Source: an uncultured Pseudomonadota bacterium (GTDB lineage Bacteria; Myxococcota_A; Polyangia; Fen-1088). From it: a stretch of DNA of 64,000 nt. The notes under the pieces were generated by a model that ran no database searches, had not been told where the DNA came from, and saw nothing but the letters and a program-made list of their open reading frames with translations. The stretch covers positions 310,952 to 374,951 of the forward strand of contig CAWHRJ010000007.1 in the NCBI GenBank assembly GCA_963831685.1. Reading direction: 5' to 3'. A program made the translations under genes and the position numbers. How positions within the stretch are numbered: the stretch's first letter is position 1; each line of letters starts with the position of its first letter. Shown here piece by piece: positions 42,355-53,766 of the stretch.

Positions 42355-44151
42355 CTAGAACCAGATGATCGCCGCGATCTGCGCGGCGTTCTTGTCCACA
42401 CCCAGCTGCGATGCCCCCTGCTGGCTGTTGTACGGGAACTGCGACCCGCTCATGAACCCAGGCTGCGGCACGTCCCCCGACGCATACGACGACCCGTAGA
42501 AGTACCGCGAGTACTGGATCATCACCTGCTCGTGCGTCACGAACGCCGTCCGGAAGATGATCCGCGGCGAGATCACCGAGAACGACTCACCCGAGATGCT
42601 CAGGTTCGGCTCCACCACGTCGTATCGCGCCCCCAGCCCCAGCCACGACAGCGGTACGTACGTCCACTCCGTCCCGAACTTCAGCTTGTCCAGCGAGAAT
42701 CCCGGCGCCAGCGGCGCCTTCACGTGGTTGTACATCCCGAACACCGTCCCGATCAGGTCCGGCCCGTCTCCCCAGAACGCCTGCGGGTAGTGAAACAGCT
42801 GCCCGAAGCTGAAGCTGTACTGCAGCTCCACGCTGTCGATCGATCCCGTCACCTCGTCCACCCCGCCCGGCGGCCCGAAGTAGTTGTCGTGCAGCTGCCA
42901 GCCTCCGAACGAGTGCAACACCTCGATCGCGTCCGCCAGGTAGAGCGCGTTCGTCGCCGCCAGGTGCGAGTACCCGATGTACCCGTCTCCCAGCACGCCC
43001 CCCAGCAGCTTCACGTCCACGCCGTAGATCGCCAGGCTCGGCTTCGAAGCCGACGGCAGCCGCGCCGGCGACTTCGGATTGGGCGCCCCGTTGACGATGC
43101 CGAACGTCCCGTCCCACGAGGGGCTGGTCCCCCCCGAGTACGACCCCGCCCGCTCGTTGTCGTTCGCGAACACGTAGATGTAGTGCGCCCCGACGATCAC
43201 TTCCTTCTTGAACACCGCCCCCACGTGCCCCGACGCCACGAACGTCGACTCCTGCGGCACCGGCCCGGGGTACGGATCCCACGCCGGCAGGTTCTGGTTC
43301 GCGTTGATCCCCGCCGCGTTCCCCTCCGCCGGCCCGTAGAACGGGATCGGCTCCAGTTTCCCGCCGAAAGTCTCTTCCCCCTCGATCGTCCAGTCGTTCC
43401 AGTCGTAGTCGACCGTCGCCGTCTCGCCCGCCACGTGCGTGCGCCCGAACAGGTACGTCTCGTACCGGCCCGCGTCGTACCGCCCCGCCGCCCCGTACCG
43501 ATTCGTGTACGCCCCCGCGATCAGCGTCAGCCGCGCGTTCTCGTTGATGAACTCCGGGAACGTCATCGACAGGAACGCCTCGTTGATCCCCAGGTTCGAC
43601 TCCAGCCGCCGGTACCCAGAGTCCGTGACGTTGTACGACGCGATCTGCACCGTCGCCTTCACCCGGTCGTTGCCGTAGTGGAAGTTCAGCTCCGTCCACG
43701 GCCCCACCATGCTGTTCGTGTAGCGCCAGTCGATGTAGTTCGCGTCCGGCACCAGCGGCGGCGTCCGCAGCTGCGTCCCCGCATTCGCCTGCGAGTTCGG
43801 ATTCGACGTCGTCGGCGGCCCCCACGAGAACCGCAGCGGCGCCCGGAAGTACCCCGTCACGTCGAACTTCCACTCGCCCGTCGCGGGCTCCTCGGGCGCT
43901 GGCGTCGCGTTCTCCGTCGTCGTGTTCGCCACCCCACCCACCTGCGGCGCCTCCGGCGACAGCCCCAAGGCGGGCGCGCTCCCCCCCTTCTTCTTCGGCG
44001 GCGGCGGCGGCGCCGCCGGAGCGGCCGCGGGCGTCACCTCCGGCGCCGCCGGCGGCGGGGCAGCAGGCGCGGCGGCCTCCTGGGCGATGGCGCGCGCCGA
44101 CAGCGCCGGCAGCGCCACCAGCAGGGCGGAGACGATTCGAATGTTCTTCAT
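42355..44151 (-). CDS. Large outer-membrane beta-barrel protein (putative oligosaccharide porin)
   Basis: Signal peptide, Pro/Ala linker, aromatic-rich amphipathic strands, C-terminal IIWF; 23 nt upstream of the CBM lipoprotein on the same strand. Confidence 0.7.
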   Translation of the reverse strand: MKNIRIVSALLVALPALSARAIAQEAAAPAAPPPAAPEVTPAAAPAAPPPPPKKKGGSAPALGLSPEAPQVGGVANTTTENATPAPEEPATGEWKFDVTGYFRAPLRFSWGPPTTSNPNSQANAGTQLRTPPLVPDANYIDWRYTNSMVGPWTELNFHYGNDRVKATVQIASYNVTDSGYRRLESNLGINEAFLSMTFPEFINENARLTLIAGAYTNRYGAAGRYDAGRYETYLFGRTHVAGETATVDYDWNDWTIEGEETFGGKLEPIPFYGPAEGNAAGINANQNLPAWDPYPGPVPQESTFVASGHVGAVFKKEVIVGAHYIYVFANDNERAGSYSGGTSPSWDGTFGIVNGAPNPKSPARLPSASKPSLAIYGVDVKLLGGVLGDGYIGYSHLAATNALYLADAIEVLHSFGGWQLHDNYFGPPGGVDEVTGSIDSVELQYSFSFGQLFHYPQAFWGDGPDLIGTVFGMYNHVKAPLAPGFSLDKLKFGTEWTYVPLSWLGLGARYDVVEPNLSISGESFSVISPRIIFRTAFVTHEQVMIQYSRYFYGSSYASGDVPQPGFMSGSQFPYNSQQGASQLGVDKNAAQIAAIIWF

Positions 44152-44164
44152 CGCCGTGACGCTC

Positions 44165-44180
44165 AGCAACCGTCGCGCCA
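44165..44180 (-). promoter_or_regulatory. Putative sigma54 promoter for the outer-membrane protein/CBM operon
   Basis: The minus strand reads TGGCGCGACGGTTGCT (GG-N10-GC). Confidence 0.6.
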
Positions 44181-44239
44181 ACCAGGAACGCGCGCGCCGC
44201 CGGGAGGCCCACCTCGCCCGAGCTTCGTGGACACCGTAT

Positions 44240-44267
44240 CGGACGTCCGCCGGACGTCCGGCGGACG
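44240..44267. promoter_or_regulatory. Tandem palindromes CGGACGTCCG at 11-bp period; candidate enhancer (UAS)
   Basis: CGGACGTCCG at 44240 and 44251 and a half-site CGGACG at 44262, midway between two divergent sigma54 motifs. Confidence 0.5.
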
Positions 44268-44307
44268 CTCGACGACGCCCGCCGCCAAGCCGGGAACCGG
44301 ATCCGAC

Positions 44308-44323
44308 TGGCATCGGTGTTGCT
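44308..44323 (+). promoter_or_regulatory. Putative sigma54 promoter for the GH6 gene
   Basis: TGGCATCGGTGTTGCT (GG-N10-GC), followed by a GAGGAG RBS and ATG 44373. Confidence 0.65.
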
Positions 44324-44372
44324 GCGGGATCGTTCGCCAGACGAACCGCAACCCGCAAACGAGGAGAGCACG

Positions 44373-45590
44373 ATGCCGTCGTCACCCGTCTTCCCGAGTC
44401 AAAGGGACTTCGCCCTCATCCTCGCCGCGACCGCCGTGGTCTGCGCGAGCGCCGCCAGTGAGGCGCGGCCGAAAGCACGACCATCGACCTCTCCGCCGAC
44501 GACCACGCCTGCGGCGCACGGGGTGAACCCGTTCGTCGGCGCGCGGCTCTACGTCAACCCGGACTACGTCACCGAGGTTCGCGGCGTGGAGGCCGCTCAC
44601 CCGGAGAGCGCCGCGGTGCTGAAGAAAGTCGAGGTGCTGCCGACCGCGATCTGGGAGAGCGGCCTGCGCGACACCCAGGACGTGTCCGGCCATCTCGACG
44701 ATGCGCTCCGCCAGCAGAAGGCGGCCGGCCAGCCGGTCGTCACCGTTTTCGTGCTGTACGACCTGCCCGGCCGCGACTGCAACGCGGCCGCGTCGGTGGG
44801 CGAGCTGACCGTCGATGCGGCGGGCGAGGCCCGCTACCGGCACGCCTTCATCGATCCGATCGCGGCGGCCTTCCGTGCCCACCCGAACCAGCGAATCGTG
44901 GCCATCCTCGAGCCCGACTCGCTGTCGAACCTGGTCACCAACATGGAGGCGCCGCGGTGCCAGGCGGCGGCGCCGTTCTACAAGCGCGGGATCGCCTACG
45001 CGATCGGCCAGCTGTCCCTTCCCAACGTGTCCGTCTACCTCGAGGCGGCTCACGCCGGCTGGCTCGGTTTTCCCAAGAACATCGTCCGGGCCGCGCCGCT
45101 CTACAAAGAGGTGCTGACCATGGCCGGCGGCGCCGATCGGATCCGCGGCTTCGCGCTCAACGTCTCGAACTACGATCCCGCCCGGGATCCGGCGAAGACG
45201 CCGCGCGATCGAACCTCCGCCGCCAGCGACGAGCTCGGCTACGCGGCCGATCTCGCCCACGCGCTCGCGGACGTCGGCGTCACCGGCAAGGGGTTCGTCA
45301 TCGACACCGGCCGCGACGGGCAGGCGTACATTCGTTCGATCGCGTCGAGCTGGTGCAACGTCAAGGGGGCCGGCCTCGGCGAGCGCCCGCGCGCCGCGCC
45401 CGCGCCGTCGATCGACGCGTACCTCTACATCAAGGTCCCCGGCGAGTCGGACGGCACCTCCGATCCGAAAGCGCCGCGCTTCGACGAGACCTGCACCTCC
45501 GACGACGCGACCCCCGGCGCCCCGCAGGCGGGCCTCATGTTCGATTCCTACCTCATCCAGCTGGCCAAGAACGCCAACCCACCCCTCTGA
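44373..45590 (+). CDS. Glycoside hydrolase family 6 cellulase (cellobiohydrolase/endoglucanase)
   Basis: NPF.G..LYVNP, PTAIW, YDLPGRDC, ILEPDSL (catalytic Asp), AHAGWLG, NVSNY, IDTGR, WCN, KVPGESDG. Confidence 0.93.
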   Translation: MPSSPVFPSQRDFALILAATAVVCASAASEARPKARPSTSPPTTTPAAHGVNPFVGARLYVNPDYVTEVRGVEAAHPESAAVLKKVEVLPTAIWESGLRDTQDVSGHLDDALRQQKAAGQPVVTVFVLYDLPGRDCNAAASVGELTVDAAGEARYRHAFIDPIAAAFRAHPNQRIVAILEPDSLSNLVTNMEAPRCQAAAPFYKRGIAYAIGQLSLPNVSVYLEAAHAGWLGFPKNIVRAAPLYKEVLTMAGGADRIRGFALNVSNYDPARDPAKTPRDRTSAASDELGYAADLAHALADVGVTGKGFVIDTGRDGQAYIRSIASSWCNVKGAGLGERPRAAPAPSIDAYLYIKVPGESDGTSDPKAPRFDETCTSDDATPGAPQAGLMFDSYLIQLAKNANPPL

Positions 45591-45641
45591 GCGGACGTGA
45601 CGCCCAACCGACGATGCACGTATGATGCGCGGCGATGACCG

Positions 45642-46793
45642 ATGGTCGCTAGGCGAACAGTCCTGAGGAGCTTCGTGCTGCTCGCCGGGCTGTTGGCGAC
45701 GCTCGGATCGGCGCGGGTCGGCCGCGCCGACGATCCCCGGGACGATGCGCGCGCCCACTACGCCAAGGGGCTGGAGCTGGCCGGCCAGCGCGGTTACGAG
45801 GAGGCGCTGCGCGAATTCAACGCGGCCTACGAGATCAGCCCCCAGTTCGCGGTCCTCTTCAACATCGGTCAGGCGCACATCGCGCTCGGCCACACCGTCG
45901 AGGCGATCGATGCGCTCACCCGCTACCTGCGCGACGGCGGCGATCGGATATCGCCCAGCCGCCGCGCGCAGGTGGAGCGGCAGATCGCCGGACTGCGCTC
46001 CACCCTCCCCAACGCGGGGCCGGCGCCCGCCGGCGGGACCGCCCGCGCGACCTCGGAGGCCGCAGGCGAGCCCGCCGGCGAGACGACCGAGCCCGCGCCC
46101 GAGGGATCGCCCGCCGCCGGCGCACGCCCGGGAACCCTGACTGTCCGCTGTTCCGAGCGCGGCCTCAAGCTGATGCTCGACGGCAAGCGGATCGATCCGG
46201 CCACGTCCAGTCGGGGCCTGGCCCTTCCGGGAGGGACTCATCACCTCGTCATGTCAGCGCCCGGGCGGCGCTCCGCCGAGGAGACCCTCGAGATCGGGGA
46301 GGGGGGCGCGGCGCTCGTGATCTGCGAAAATCTCGCGGCGGCCACCGCCCCACCAGCGATCGTCCCGGTGCAGCCGATCGACAGCCCGCCCGTCTTCGCG
46401 CCCGTCGCCGCCAGCCCCAACCTGCCAACGGTTCACGCCAAGACCGTCGCGTACATCCTCGGCGGCCTCGGCGTGGCGCTCGGTGGGACCGCCATCGGCG
46501 TCTATTTCTGGAACCGGGGGCAGAACCAAGCCGCCCAGACTGACCTGACGTACGTTCAAGCCCACCCGACGGACACCGACCGCGCCGTGGCGTACAACGC
46601 AGAGGTCGACGCCCTGAACCGCAACAGCTATCTCACCTTCGGGCTCGCCGTAGCGAGCGTCGGCCTGCTCGGCGGCGGCACCTATCTCTTTCTCCACGAC
46701 CGGAAACGCGAACCCAAGAGTGGACAGATCGACAAGGCACGAAGCTGGGCGTCGGTCACGCCAGGCGGTGTCTTCTTGAACGGGGTTTGGTAG
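45642..46793 (+). CDS. Secreted TPR + PEGA domain protein with C-terminal membrane segments
   Basis: ARAHYAKGLEL...YEEALREFNAAYEI.P...VLFNIGQAH TPR; GTLTV...LDGK...L.GGTHHL PEGA; C-terminal GGVFLNGVW. Confidence 0.82.
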   Translation: MVARRTVLRSFVLLAGLLATLGSARVGRADDPRDDARAHYAKGLELAGQRGYEEALREFNAAYEISPQFAVLFNIGQAHIALGHTVEAIDALTRYLRDGGDRISPSRRAQVERQIAGLRSTLPNAGPAPAGGTARATSEAAGEPAGETTEPAPEGSPAAGARPGTLTVRCSERGLKLMLDGKRIDPATSSRGLALPGGTHHLVMSAPGRRSAEETLEIGEGGAALVICENLAAATAPPAIVPVQPIDSPPVFAPVAASPNLPTVHAKTVAYILGGLGVALGGTAIGVYFWNRGQNQAAQTDLTYVQAHPTDTDRAVAYNAEVDALNRNSYLTFGLAVASVGLLGGGTYLFLHDRKREPKSGQIDKARSWASVTPGGVFLNGVW

Positions 46794-47593
46794 CGCTCAT
46801 GCGACGCGCGGCCTCTCCTCTCATCCGAATCGCGGCGATGTCGTCGGTCCTGATCGTACCGGCCTGCTACAGCCTTCCTAAGGTCGACGTCATCCGTTTG
46901 GTTGACGACTTCGCGGCAGATGCGGACCTGCAGCCCACCTGGGGCGCCTTCAAAAAGTGGACCTGCAGCTCGTCCGTCGACGGCGGCATCGACGCGGGCC
47001 AGGGTGGACTCGACGGCGGCATCGACGCGGGCCAGGCGGTGAGCTGCCAATTGACCCTCGGGCCTGGCGACACATCTGACGACACGGCACTCGGGCTCGG
47101 GGTCACGGACGCGCTGATCGCGAGCTTCAGCGTCGCCGCGCCCTCCGGCGTGGAGGTCGCCACCGGGACCAAATCGGCAATGAGCGACGGCGCCACGAAC
47201 GCCCTCCCCCCTTCCATTCCGGTCGATCTCACAGCGTTCAGCGAGCTCCGCTTCAACGCCACCCTTGTCGACACCACGCCAGGAACGGCCTCACTCCCAA
47301 TCGGCACGGGACTCAGTGTCGAGCTCCATTGCTCCTACTCCTCCATGAACTCGCCCGTCAGCGCTCTGCTTAAAGTTGATGAAAAGATCGTCGACCTCGT
47401 CCCCGGGATGACGACTTTCCAGCCGATCGCCCTCGCTCTCAGCAAATTCGCGGGGGCATCCCAGCGTCAGACCTGCCTCGCCAATGTCGACAGCATCGGC
47501 TTCGTCGTCACGCCGGGTAACGCGCTGGCGGGCGCCCTCATCGCCGGTACGTTGCAGCTCGACAACATCCGCTTCGACAACGCTCCGCCCTAG
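46787..47593 (+). CDS. Lipoprotein with CBM/CIA30-like beta-sandwich
   Basis: Lipobox VPAC; LVDDF...VDLTAFSELRF...CLANVDSIGF...GTLQLDNIRF; an internal duplication encodes DGGIDAGQ twice. Confidence 0.6.
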   Translation: MVALMRRAASPLIRIAAMSSVLIVPACYSLPKVDVIRLVDDFAADADLQPTWGAFKKWTCSSSVDGGIDAGQGGLDGGIDAGQAVSCQLTLGPGDTSDDTALGLGVTDALIASFSVAAPSGVEVATGTKSAMSDGATNALPPSIPVDLTAFSELRFNATLVDTTPGTASLPIGTGLSVELHCSYSSMNSPVSALLKVDEKIVDLVPGMTTFQPIALALSKFAGASQRQTCLANVDSIGFVVTPGNALAGALIAGTLQLDNIRFDNAPP

Positions 47594-47608
47594 TAGGCGA
47601 GATCGCCG

Positions 47609-48992
<1,384 letters not shown>

Positions 48993-48996
<4 letters not shown>

Positions 48997-50357
48997 TCGC
49001 GGCGCTCCTCGGGCTTGCGCAGCGCCTCGAGATCGACCGCCTGCCCCTCCATCAAACGGTAGGCGCGCTGGCGGCTGATCCCCAGCATCGCGGCGGCCCG
49101 CGCCACGTTGCCGCCGGACGCGCGCAGCGCCACGACCAGCGCCGGCAGCTCCACCGGATCGGCCGGGGCGCCCGAGGGGCGCGCGGCGGCGGCCGGCGAC
49201 CCGGTCGGCGGCGGCCCGAGCGGTGCGCCCGGGGCGCCCGCGATCCGCTCGGGCAGGTGCTGGGCGCGCAACGTCACCTCGCTGCCGTGCAGGGTGACGA
49301 GGCGCTTGGCCAGCAGCACCAGCTCGCGCACGTTGAAGGGCCAGTCGTGCATGCAGAGCCGCTCCGCGAAGTCGCTCTCCATCGACGGTGCGCGCCCCTG
49401 CCCGATCTCCATCAGCAGGTGCGAGAAGAGCGGAAGCACGTCCGCGCGCCGCATGCGCAGCGGCGGCAGTCGGACCGCCAGCCCGTCGAGACGGGCCAGC
49501 AGATCGGCCCGGAAGCGTCCCGCCCGGACCGCCTCGATGAGCGGCTGCTGTCCGGCCACCACGACGCGCACGTCGATCGGCACCGGGCGAATCTCGCCGA
49601 GCGGCTGCACCTCGCGCTCCTCGAGCACGCGCAAGAGCTTGGCCTGCAGCGGCATCGGCAGGTCCGACACCTCGTCCAGCAGCAGCGTCCCGTGGTCCGC
49701 GCTGCGGAAGAACCCGGCGCTGGCCCGATCGGCGCCGGTGAAAGCACCACGGCGGTAACCGAACAGCTCCCCCTCGGCCAGCCCCTCCGGCAGCGCCGCG
49801 CAATTGACGGCCACCAGCGGCCCCGGCCGCCCGCTCCAGCGGTGAAGCGCGCGCGCGACCAGCTCCTTGCCGGTCCCGGTCTCTCCCTCGAGGACGATCG
49901 GCAGATCGCTCGCCGCCGCCTGGCGCAGCGGCGCGAGCGCCTCCTCGAGCGCGGCCCCGCCCCACAGCCCGGGCGCGATCTCGACGAACGCGCCGCCGCC
50001 GGCGGCGACCACGCCGACCCAGCCGCCGATCCGCACGACGTCGCCCACGCCGATCGCCGCCTCGGCGACCGGGCGGCCGTTCACCCGGACGCCGTTGCGG
50101 CTCCCGAGGTCGGCGATGCGGATGCCCGCCGCGGGATCGACCCGCAGGATCGCATGGCGGCGCGAGACGTCGTTACCGGCGAGGCAGACGGCCGAGGTCT
50201 CGTCGCGCCCGATCGTCAGCTCGCGCGCGCGGTCCGGGCGCAGGTCAACCGGCGCCACCGCCCGTGGAAACAGCCAGACCAGCGCGGCCTCGTCAGAGCT
50301 CGCGCGCGCGGCGGAGGCCGCCTCGGTCACCGTGGTCGTCCCGCCCACCTCGGTCAT
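48993..50357 (-). CDS. FHA-domain sigma54-dependent enhancer-binding protein
   Basis: FHA (IGR...VSRRHA...DLGSRNG), GETGTGKE, GAFTGA, LLLDEV, WPFNVREL, Fis-type HTH. Confidence 0.93.
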
Positions 50358-50445
50358 GACCAGCTATCATTGATAACACGGTCACGCCCCCGCGCGGCGA
50401 AAGAGCGCTTGGAGGCGACCGGTGGCGGCCCGCGTAAGACGGGTT

Positions 50446-51058
50446 TCAGGGCATCTGGCGGAAGCTGTATTCCCGCTCGACCCGGACCGAGCCCCCGCGC
50501 GGGCGGGTGAACGACCACCGGCTCATCGCCGCCTTCACGCAGTCCATGAGGTCGAGGTCGACCGGCGTCGCGGCGACCACCTCCGTCGACCGGGCCAGAC
50601 CGGACGGGTCGATGGTCCAGCGCAAGGATCAGCCGGTCGGCGACCACCTTCGAAGGGGAGATCCGTTTGGTGCGCGCCACGTCGACCCGACAGTCCTCGA
50701 CCGTCTCGAAGCTGGCCGCCGTCTCCTGCTCGAGCCGCGCCGGATCGATGACCCCCTCGGGCGGCCGCGGGGGCGGCGCGTTGGCGATGTCCGCCGCCAC
50801 CGGCTTGATCGATTTTTCGCCGTTGCCGGCCCACTCGAGCGCGGGCGGGACCGGTGTCGGCGCCGGGGCTGATTCGGGGGAAAGCCCTACCCTCCCGGTC
50901 TCATAGAGCGACGGCCCGGAGAGCAAGCCCGACGGGGACAGCGGGTCACCCGGCGGCTGGGCAGGCGGCTCGGCCATCACAGCTGCCGGTGCCGCCAGCC
51001 CGAGCCCCAGCAACAAGGGCGCGCCCCATTTCGACCAGACGACACGGCCGAGCTTCAT
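50446..51058 (-). CDS. AgmX/PglI-C (TonB C-terminal-like) secreted protein; one frame break near 50620
   Basis: Signal peptide; VEDC...LILRWTIDPSG...EVV...DCVKAAMSRWSF..P.GG.V.V...YSF after frame correction. Confidence 0.65.
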
Positions 51059-51147
51059 GACGACCTTCCGAGCGACCTCCTACAACGATGATCTTCATGG
51101 TCATCGTGTCCATTCGTAGCGGCGGCCACAAGGCCACTGGGAGGCGC

Positions 51148-52323
51148 TCAGTACTTGAACCAGCGCATCTCGGGCGGACCGTTCAGGTCGAACAGGAACC
51201 CGAAACCGAAGTTGATGAGCCCGTTCTTCTCGACCAGCTGGAGGGGCGGGTTGGGAAATGGGGCCGCCTCCTTGAACGCCTCGATCGCCTCGTCGTCCAG
51301 AAAGTCGAGGCCGCTCGGCTGGTAGACGGCCACGTTCCCCAGCTTGCCGTCGGGCTTGAGCTGGACGCGCAGCTCCGTGTAGCGGTTGTGCCTGCCGTAG
51401 ATCATCCCGGTCGGATCGCGCTGGCGATACGACTCCTCGGGGTGCCAGTGCTCCGCCACCTGGCGTTTGACCCGGTTGAAGAACGAGGCGAACCGCCACT
51501 TCTTCGAGTTGAGCGCGGTCTCCTCGCCGTCGTCGACGTTCGCCAGAGCGTCCTGCGTCCCCGACCCGAGCGCCTTGGCCAGCTGCTGCTCGGTCGGCAA
51601 GAGCGCGAGGCCGGAGCCGCCATGCGCGCCGCCGCCGGCCCGCGGACGTGCCTCGGCGCCGACCCCGGAGAACGCCCCGTCCGGTGCCGGCTGTCCCGGA
51701 TCGGGCGCGCCGTAGGTGGTGCCCGGCTTGCCGGTGCGCGCCGGCAGACCGGTCGATCCGGCGCCGCGCAGGAAGCGGCCGAGATCGGGCGTCCGCATCG
51801 CCAGCCGGCCGTCCCCCTTGGGCGCCTGCGGCTGCGAGGTCGACGCGTTGCCGTTCTGCTCGCCGAGCCGGGCGTTGTCCTCGAACCGGCCGTACTTCTT
51901 CGTCTCGCGCGGCACCGTGCTGTCGTGCTCGGAGACGAAGTGCGCGCTGTCGGGCCGCTGCTCCTCGCGCGGCGCCGGCAGGTCGACGATCTGCCCCGGC
52001 GGATGCACCGATTCCTCCTCCTTGCGGACCTCTTCGGCCTTGCGCGCCTCTTCCTGCTTCTCGAGATCGGCGACGATCTCGCGCGCCGCCTCGTCGTCGA
52101 CCGTGCCGACGTCGATCGAGGGGCTCTCGTCAAGCTGGATGCTACGCGCGAGATCGGCAGAGCGGGGCGCGTAGAGATAGAGGCCGACGCCGACCAGCAG
52201 CACGATCTCGGCGTGCAGGAGCGTCGCGACGACGATCCAGAATTTGATGCGGCGGCCGCCCGACCGGTGCTGGCCGATTCGCGCCGCTCTCGAAGGTCGA
52301 ACCCGTGTGCTGGAAATCGGCAT
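51148..52323 (-). CDS. TonB family energy transducer (myxobacterial type)
   Basis: TM with LLH motif; T.LN..W.FASFFNRVKRQV...W.P...SGLDFLDDEAIEAFKEAAPFPNPP. Confidence 0.88.
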   Translation of the reverse strand: MPISSTRVRPSRAARIGQHRSGGRRIKFWIVVATLLHAEIVLLVGVGLYLYAPRSADLARSIQLDESPSIDVGTVDDEAAREIVADLEKQEEARKAEEVRKEEESVHPPGQIVDLPAPREEQRPDSAHFVSEHDSTVPRETKKYGRFEDNARLGEQNGNASTSQPQAPKGDGRLAMRTPDLGRFLRGAGSTGLPARTGKPGTTYGAPDPGQPAPDGAFSGVGAEARPRAGGGAHGGSGLALLPTEQQLAKALGSGTQDALANVDDGEETALNSKKWRFASFFNRVKRQVAEHWHPEESYRQRDPTGMIYGRHNRYTELRVQLKPDGKLGNVAVYQPSGLDFLDDEAIEAFKEAAPFPNPPLQLVEKNGLINFGFGFLFDLNGPPEMRWFKY

Positions 52324-52400
52324 GTTGGCAGCTCACCCCAGCGTTACAAATGTAGCTCCGCGCGGCAGAGAGGTCCCGCCTTATTCGCCCCTGTACGTGC

Positions 52401-53678
52401 CTAGCGGACGACCGGATTGTCGAACGTCACGCGCAGCGACATCCGCAGCGAGCGGGTCGCGCCGGGACTGGGGAGCGGCGGGAACGGCGCGGCCCGCCGG
52501 ACCTTGCGCAGCGCCGCGGCGTCGAACTCCTGGAAGCCGGCGCCCTTGAGGACGCGTGGCCCATCGATCAGGCGGCCGTCGGCGCCGACCACGAACTCGA
52601 CGATCGTCTCCCCCTGTTCGAGGCGCAGCGCCAGCGCCTTGGGAAAGTCGTTGACGGCGTTGACCCGCCGGAGAATCTCCTGGAAGTACCGCTGATAGCG
52701 TCGGTCGGCGGTTCGTTCGTCGACGTCGACGTCGATCGTCCGCGGCGTCCGGGCCCCGAGCTCGGCCGGCGCCGTTCCGGAGGCCGGATGCGGCACGGCG
52801 CCCGGCGTCTGCGACGGCCCGCTTCCTTCCGCGAACACGACCGTCCGCGGCGCGGTCGCGCGTGAAAAATCGGTCAATCCCGGATGCAGCTCGGCCGAGG
52901 CGGTTCGCTGCGTCCGATCGTCGGCGGCGCGCCCCGGCTGCTCGACGTCGAAGCTGCGCCGCCCGGCCTCAGCGTCGAGCGGACCGACACCATGCGCGGT
53001 GACGGGCCGCGGGTCGACGGGCACGGCGAGCGGGGGCGCTTCGGAGGGCGCCGCCGGCGACGCGAGCGGCGACGCTCCGGCCGGATCGCCCCCCAGCGCC
53101 GGATCGCCGGCGGCCGCGGGTGAGATCGGCGCGCGGCTGGGCGCGACACTCCGTACCGAGTCGCCGATGCCGATCGTCGGTTCGCGGCGGATCGCCTGGG
53201 GCGAGGCGCGGCGGCGCGAGATCCGCAGCCGGGCGGGTTGGGCTTCAGCGGCGCCGTCGCTCGGCCGCGCGTGCAGCGTCGAGCGATCGAGCCGGAAGGC
53301 GTGGTCGGGCGGCGCCCCGCCCGCGAGGCCCCTGTCGGGCGCCGGACGCCAGGCGGTCCCGCCCATCGGCAACCGCGGGCGCGCGCGTCTCGGCGATCGG
53401 GTTGTCGCGCTCGCCGGGCGGCGCCGCCAGCGGGGGCGCTGGCGGTGGCGTCACGTCGACCGGGAGCGCGCCGGCGACCTCGGCGCTCGCCACCTCGATG
53501 GGGAGCGCGAGCGGCGGAAGCTCCAGCGCCGCCCCGCGGGCCTCCGGCTCGCCACCGGCGGACCGCCCCCGTCCGATCGCCCGTAGGCGAGCAGCCCGAC
53601 GAGGACGCCGGCATGCACGAGCGCCGACGCGCCGAGCGCGACGGCCCATCCGGCCGACCGCCGCTTGCCTCGCCTCAT
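52401..53678 (-). CDS. Second TonB family protein; frame breaks
   Basis: N-terminal SALVH TM in ORF 53451..53810; C-terminal FPKALALRLEQGETIVEFVVGADG...GFQEFDAAALRKVRRAAPFPPLP. Confidence 0.78.
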
Positions 53679-53766
53679 GTTTGCATGCGCCCCGGACATC
53701 TTGTCAGCCCCGGACATGGGTGGCGCCACCCGCTGTGAAGAAGGTAGCATGTGCGCCCGGTTGACC

